Origin: Eledone cirrhosa
Lineage: Eukaryota
DNA length: 64,000 nucleotides
Assembly (NCBI GenBank): GCA_964016885.1
Contig: OZ024743.1
Location: forward strand, 258,850,001 to 258,914,000
Reading direction: 5' to 3'
Shown here one piece after another: positions 61,806-64,000 of the stretch. The position numbers and the translations under genes were made by a program. The first letter of the stretch is position 1. Each line of letters opens with the position of its first letter. A model generated the notes under the pieces. The model saw only the letters and a program-made list of their open reading frames with translations, was not told where the DNA came from and did not search any database.

Positions 61806-63445
61806 GTTAGTGCTAATTCATTTCTGTTTCTTAACTATTTTTTTCTTTGGAAGTCTTATCCATCGTTTTATGTCAGCTTTCATGCTGGCATAGGTTGGAA
61901 TAGTTGTTCATATCTTCCATATTTGGTATGGTTTCTATGGTTGGATGTTCTTCCTAACAGAAACTAACTTACAGAGAGTATTGGGTGTATTTTATCATAG
62001 TACCAGCCATAACACTTTACAGAGTGTACTGGGTATATTTTATCATGGCACCAGCTGTAACACTATACAGAGTGTACTGGGTGCATTTTATCAGCATTTT
62101 ATCAGAGGTTGTCATATGCTAGGCCAGACTGAAGAGTCTTCTCAGACTCAATATTCTCTCTGTTAGATTGACAAACACCATAGCTAACACGTTGACATAA
62201 TTAATTGAAACAGAGTATTTCATCAGGAATACAATCATGAAAGGATTAATGCCAAACAATCCTAAACCACGTCTTGTTCTACAAAACCATTGTTTGTTTT
62301 AAAGTGGTTATATTTATCTAAAATTCTTCCATCATAATTTTATATAAGAAACTTTTAAGTTTTGTTCCTAATACTAGCTTAATAATTGTTTCTACTATTG
62401 TCACAAGGCCAGCAATTAACTAGTACATTACTGGTACTTTATTTTATCGACCCCGTAAGGATGAAAGGCAAAGTTAACCTTAATTTTATATAAGAAACTT
62501 TTAAGTTTTGTTCCTAACACCAGCTTAATAATTGTTTCTACTTTAGGCATAAGGCCAGCAATTAACCAGTACATTACTGGTACTTTATTTTATCGACCCC
62601 TTAAGGATGAAAGGCAAAGTTAACCTCGGCGGGATTTGAACTCAGACCGAAAAGGGACGTAACTATGCTAGAAAACATGGCGTCCAATCCTCTACCGATA
62701 CTGCCATAATGAAACATATGTTTAGATGGAACAGTTTTGGAATTCTCATGATTGGAGAATATATTTATGAAGATTTAATATTTTGATATTTAAAATGTTT
62801 TAAGTGTCATTTAATACCTGCTATATCATCATCATTTAACGTGATGATGATGATGATGATGATTATATAGCAGGTATTAAATGACACTTAAAACATGCGG
62901 AAATAATGTGTCAGTATTTGAATTATCTTTAGTCAAATAAATCAGTCACACACACATGTACACCAGATCTGAACACAGAGGAACCAAATTCTCATTGCCT
63001 CTGTCTCTCCCATTCTCTCCATCTCTCATTATTATGAGCGGTGGATTGGCAGTATAGGTAGAGAGTCGGACGCCATGCTTTCCAGCATAGTTACGTCCCT
63101 TTACGATCTGAGTTCAAATCCCGCCGAGGTTGACTTTGCCGTTCATCCTTACGGGGTCGATAAAATAAAGTACCAGTAATGCACTGGGTATTTGCTGGCC
63201 TTGTGCCTAAAGTAGAAACAATTATTATGAGAATATGGCAGTGGATTGGCAGTATCGGTAGAGGGTCAGACGCCCTGCTTTGCAGCCCTTTACGGTCTAA
63301 GTTTAAATCCCGCCAAGGTTAACTCTGCCTTTCATCCTTACGGGGTCGATAAAATAAAGTACCAGTAATACACTGGCGTAATTGCTGGCCTTGTGCCAAA
63401 AGTAGAAACAATTATGAGCAAATGAAGGCCTAGTGTCATTTAGAG

Positions 63446-63649
63446 CAGGCATGTCAAACTGAGGGTCTCCCGAGGGCCACATGGGTCACATATGTGTTGT
63501 CTGAGGGCCGCACACGACAACTAATTGCGCACATTACAACTAATTTTCTATTTTATTTTATATTACAAAGATAAAACATGCTCGCATTGTAAAAACCTTT
63601 GTGTGGGCCGCAGGTGTGTTTATAAAGGGCCACATGTTTGACATGCCTG
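63446..63649. mobile_element. hAT MITE with 8-bp TSD
   Basis: TIRs CAGGCATGTCAAAC / GTTTGACATGCCTG; ATTTAGAG duplicated on both sides. Confidence 0.9.
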
Positions 63650-64000
63650 ATTTAGAGTATAATTTTTGTTTTACAACTCCATTATGATGATCTTTTCTAC
63701 CAATTTCTGACCTATTTCAAGGCCATACTCATTCAAAACATCAAAAACAGTAGGAAAAACAAATTTCACATCCAAAGTGAAACTAGTATAATATTCTCCA
63801 TCAAAGTTAAACTGGTGTAGTCACATCCAAAGTGGAACTATAAGCTGACCATCATTTTATCATAGGTTTCTTTTGTCAGGTATTTCTCAGTTTGTATACG
63901 AGTATATATGGTAAAAAAGAATATATATTTATTTAGGATAAAAAATTACTAGATGACAATTGAAAATGGGGGATGAATTGAGGAAAGCTGCAATTGCAAG

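Overview
AT-rich, repeat-dense eukaryotic (animal) DNA. The SINE types, RTE-type tails and (TA)n/(CAT)n microsatellites look like an octopod cephalopod, but this is inferred from repeat style only. The main gene is a + strand SDA1/SDAD1 (60S ribosome biogenesis) homolog. I could read 17 GT-AG coding exons with consistent phases from ATG 14472 to 61805 (2000 nt, about 666 codons); the 3' end lies beyond the window. Introns and the upstream region hold RTE-clade LINE fragments with a PHD-like finger, two tRNA-derived SINE families, a full-length decayed IR/DR Tc1, two mariners, hAT/Tc2/piggyBac MITEs, Helitron-like elements, CR1 and CRE-like fragments, a decayed Penelope-like (Naiad-type) element, a 7.3-kb 58/61-bp satellite and several minisatellites. 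The most striking signal outside the ORF track is a set of type I hammerhead ribozyme motifs. A tandem pair 286 nt apart (509-570, 793-858) has identical cores, different stem II sequences and palindromic loop 3. A canonical motif sits at 6237-6316 (-), a head-to-head pair sits inside an SDAD1 intron (58505-58767), and there are several decayed copies. Together they look like a family of Penelope-derived, retrozyme-like elements. There is also a low-confidence candidate spliced minus-strand gene divergent from SDAD1. All calls were made by eye; no searches or folding were run.
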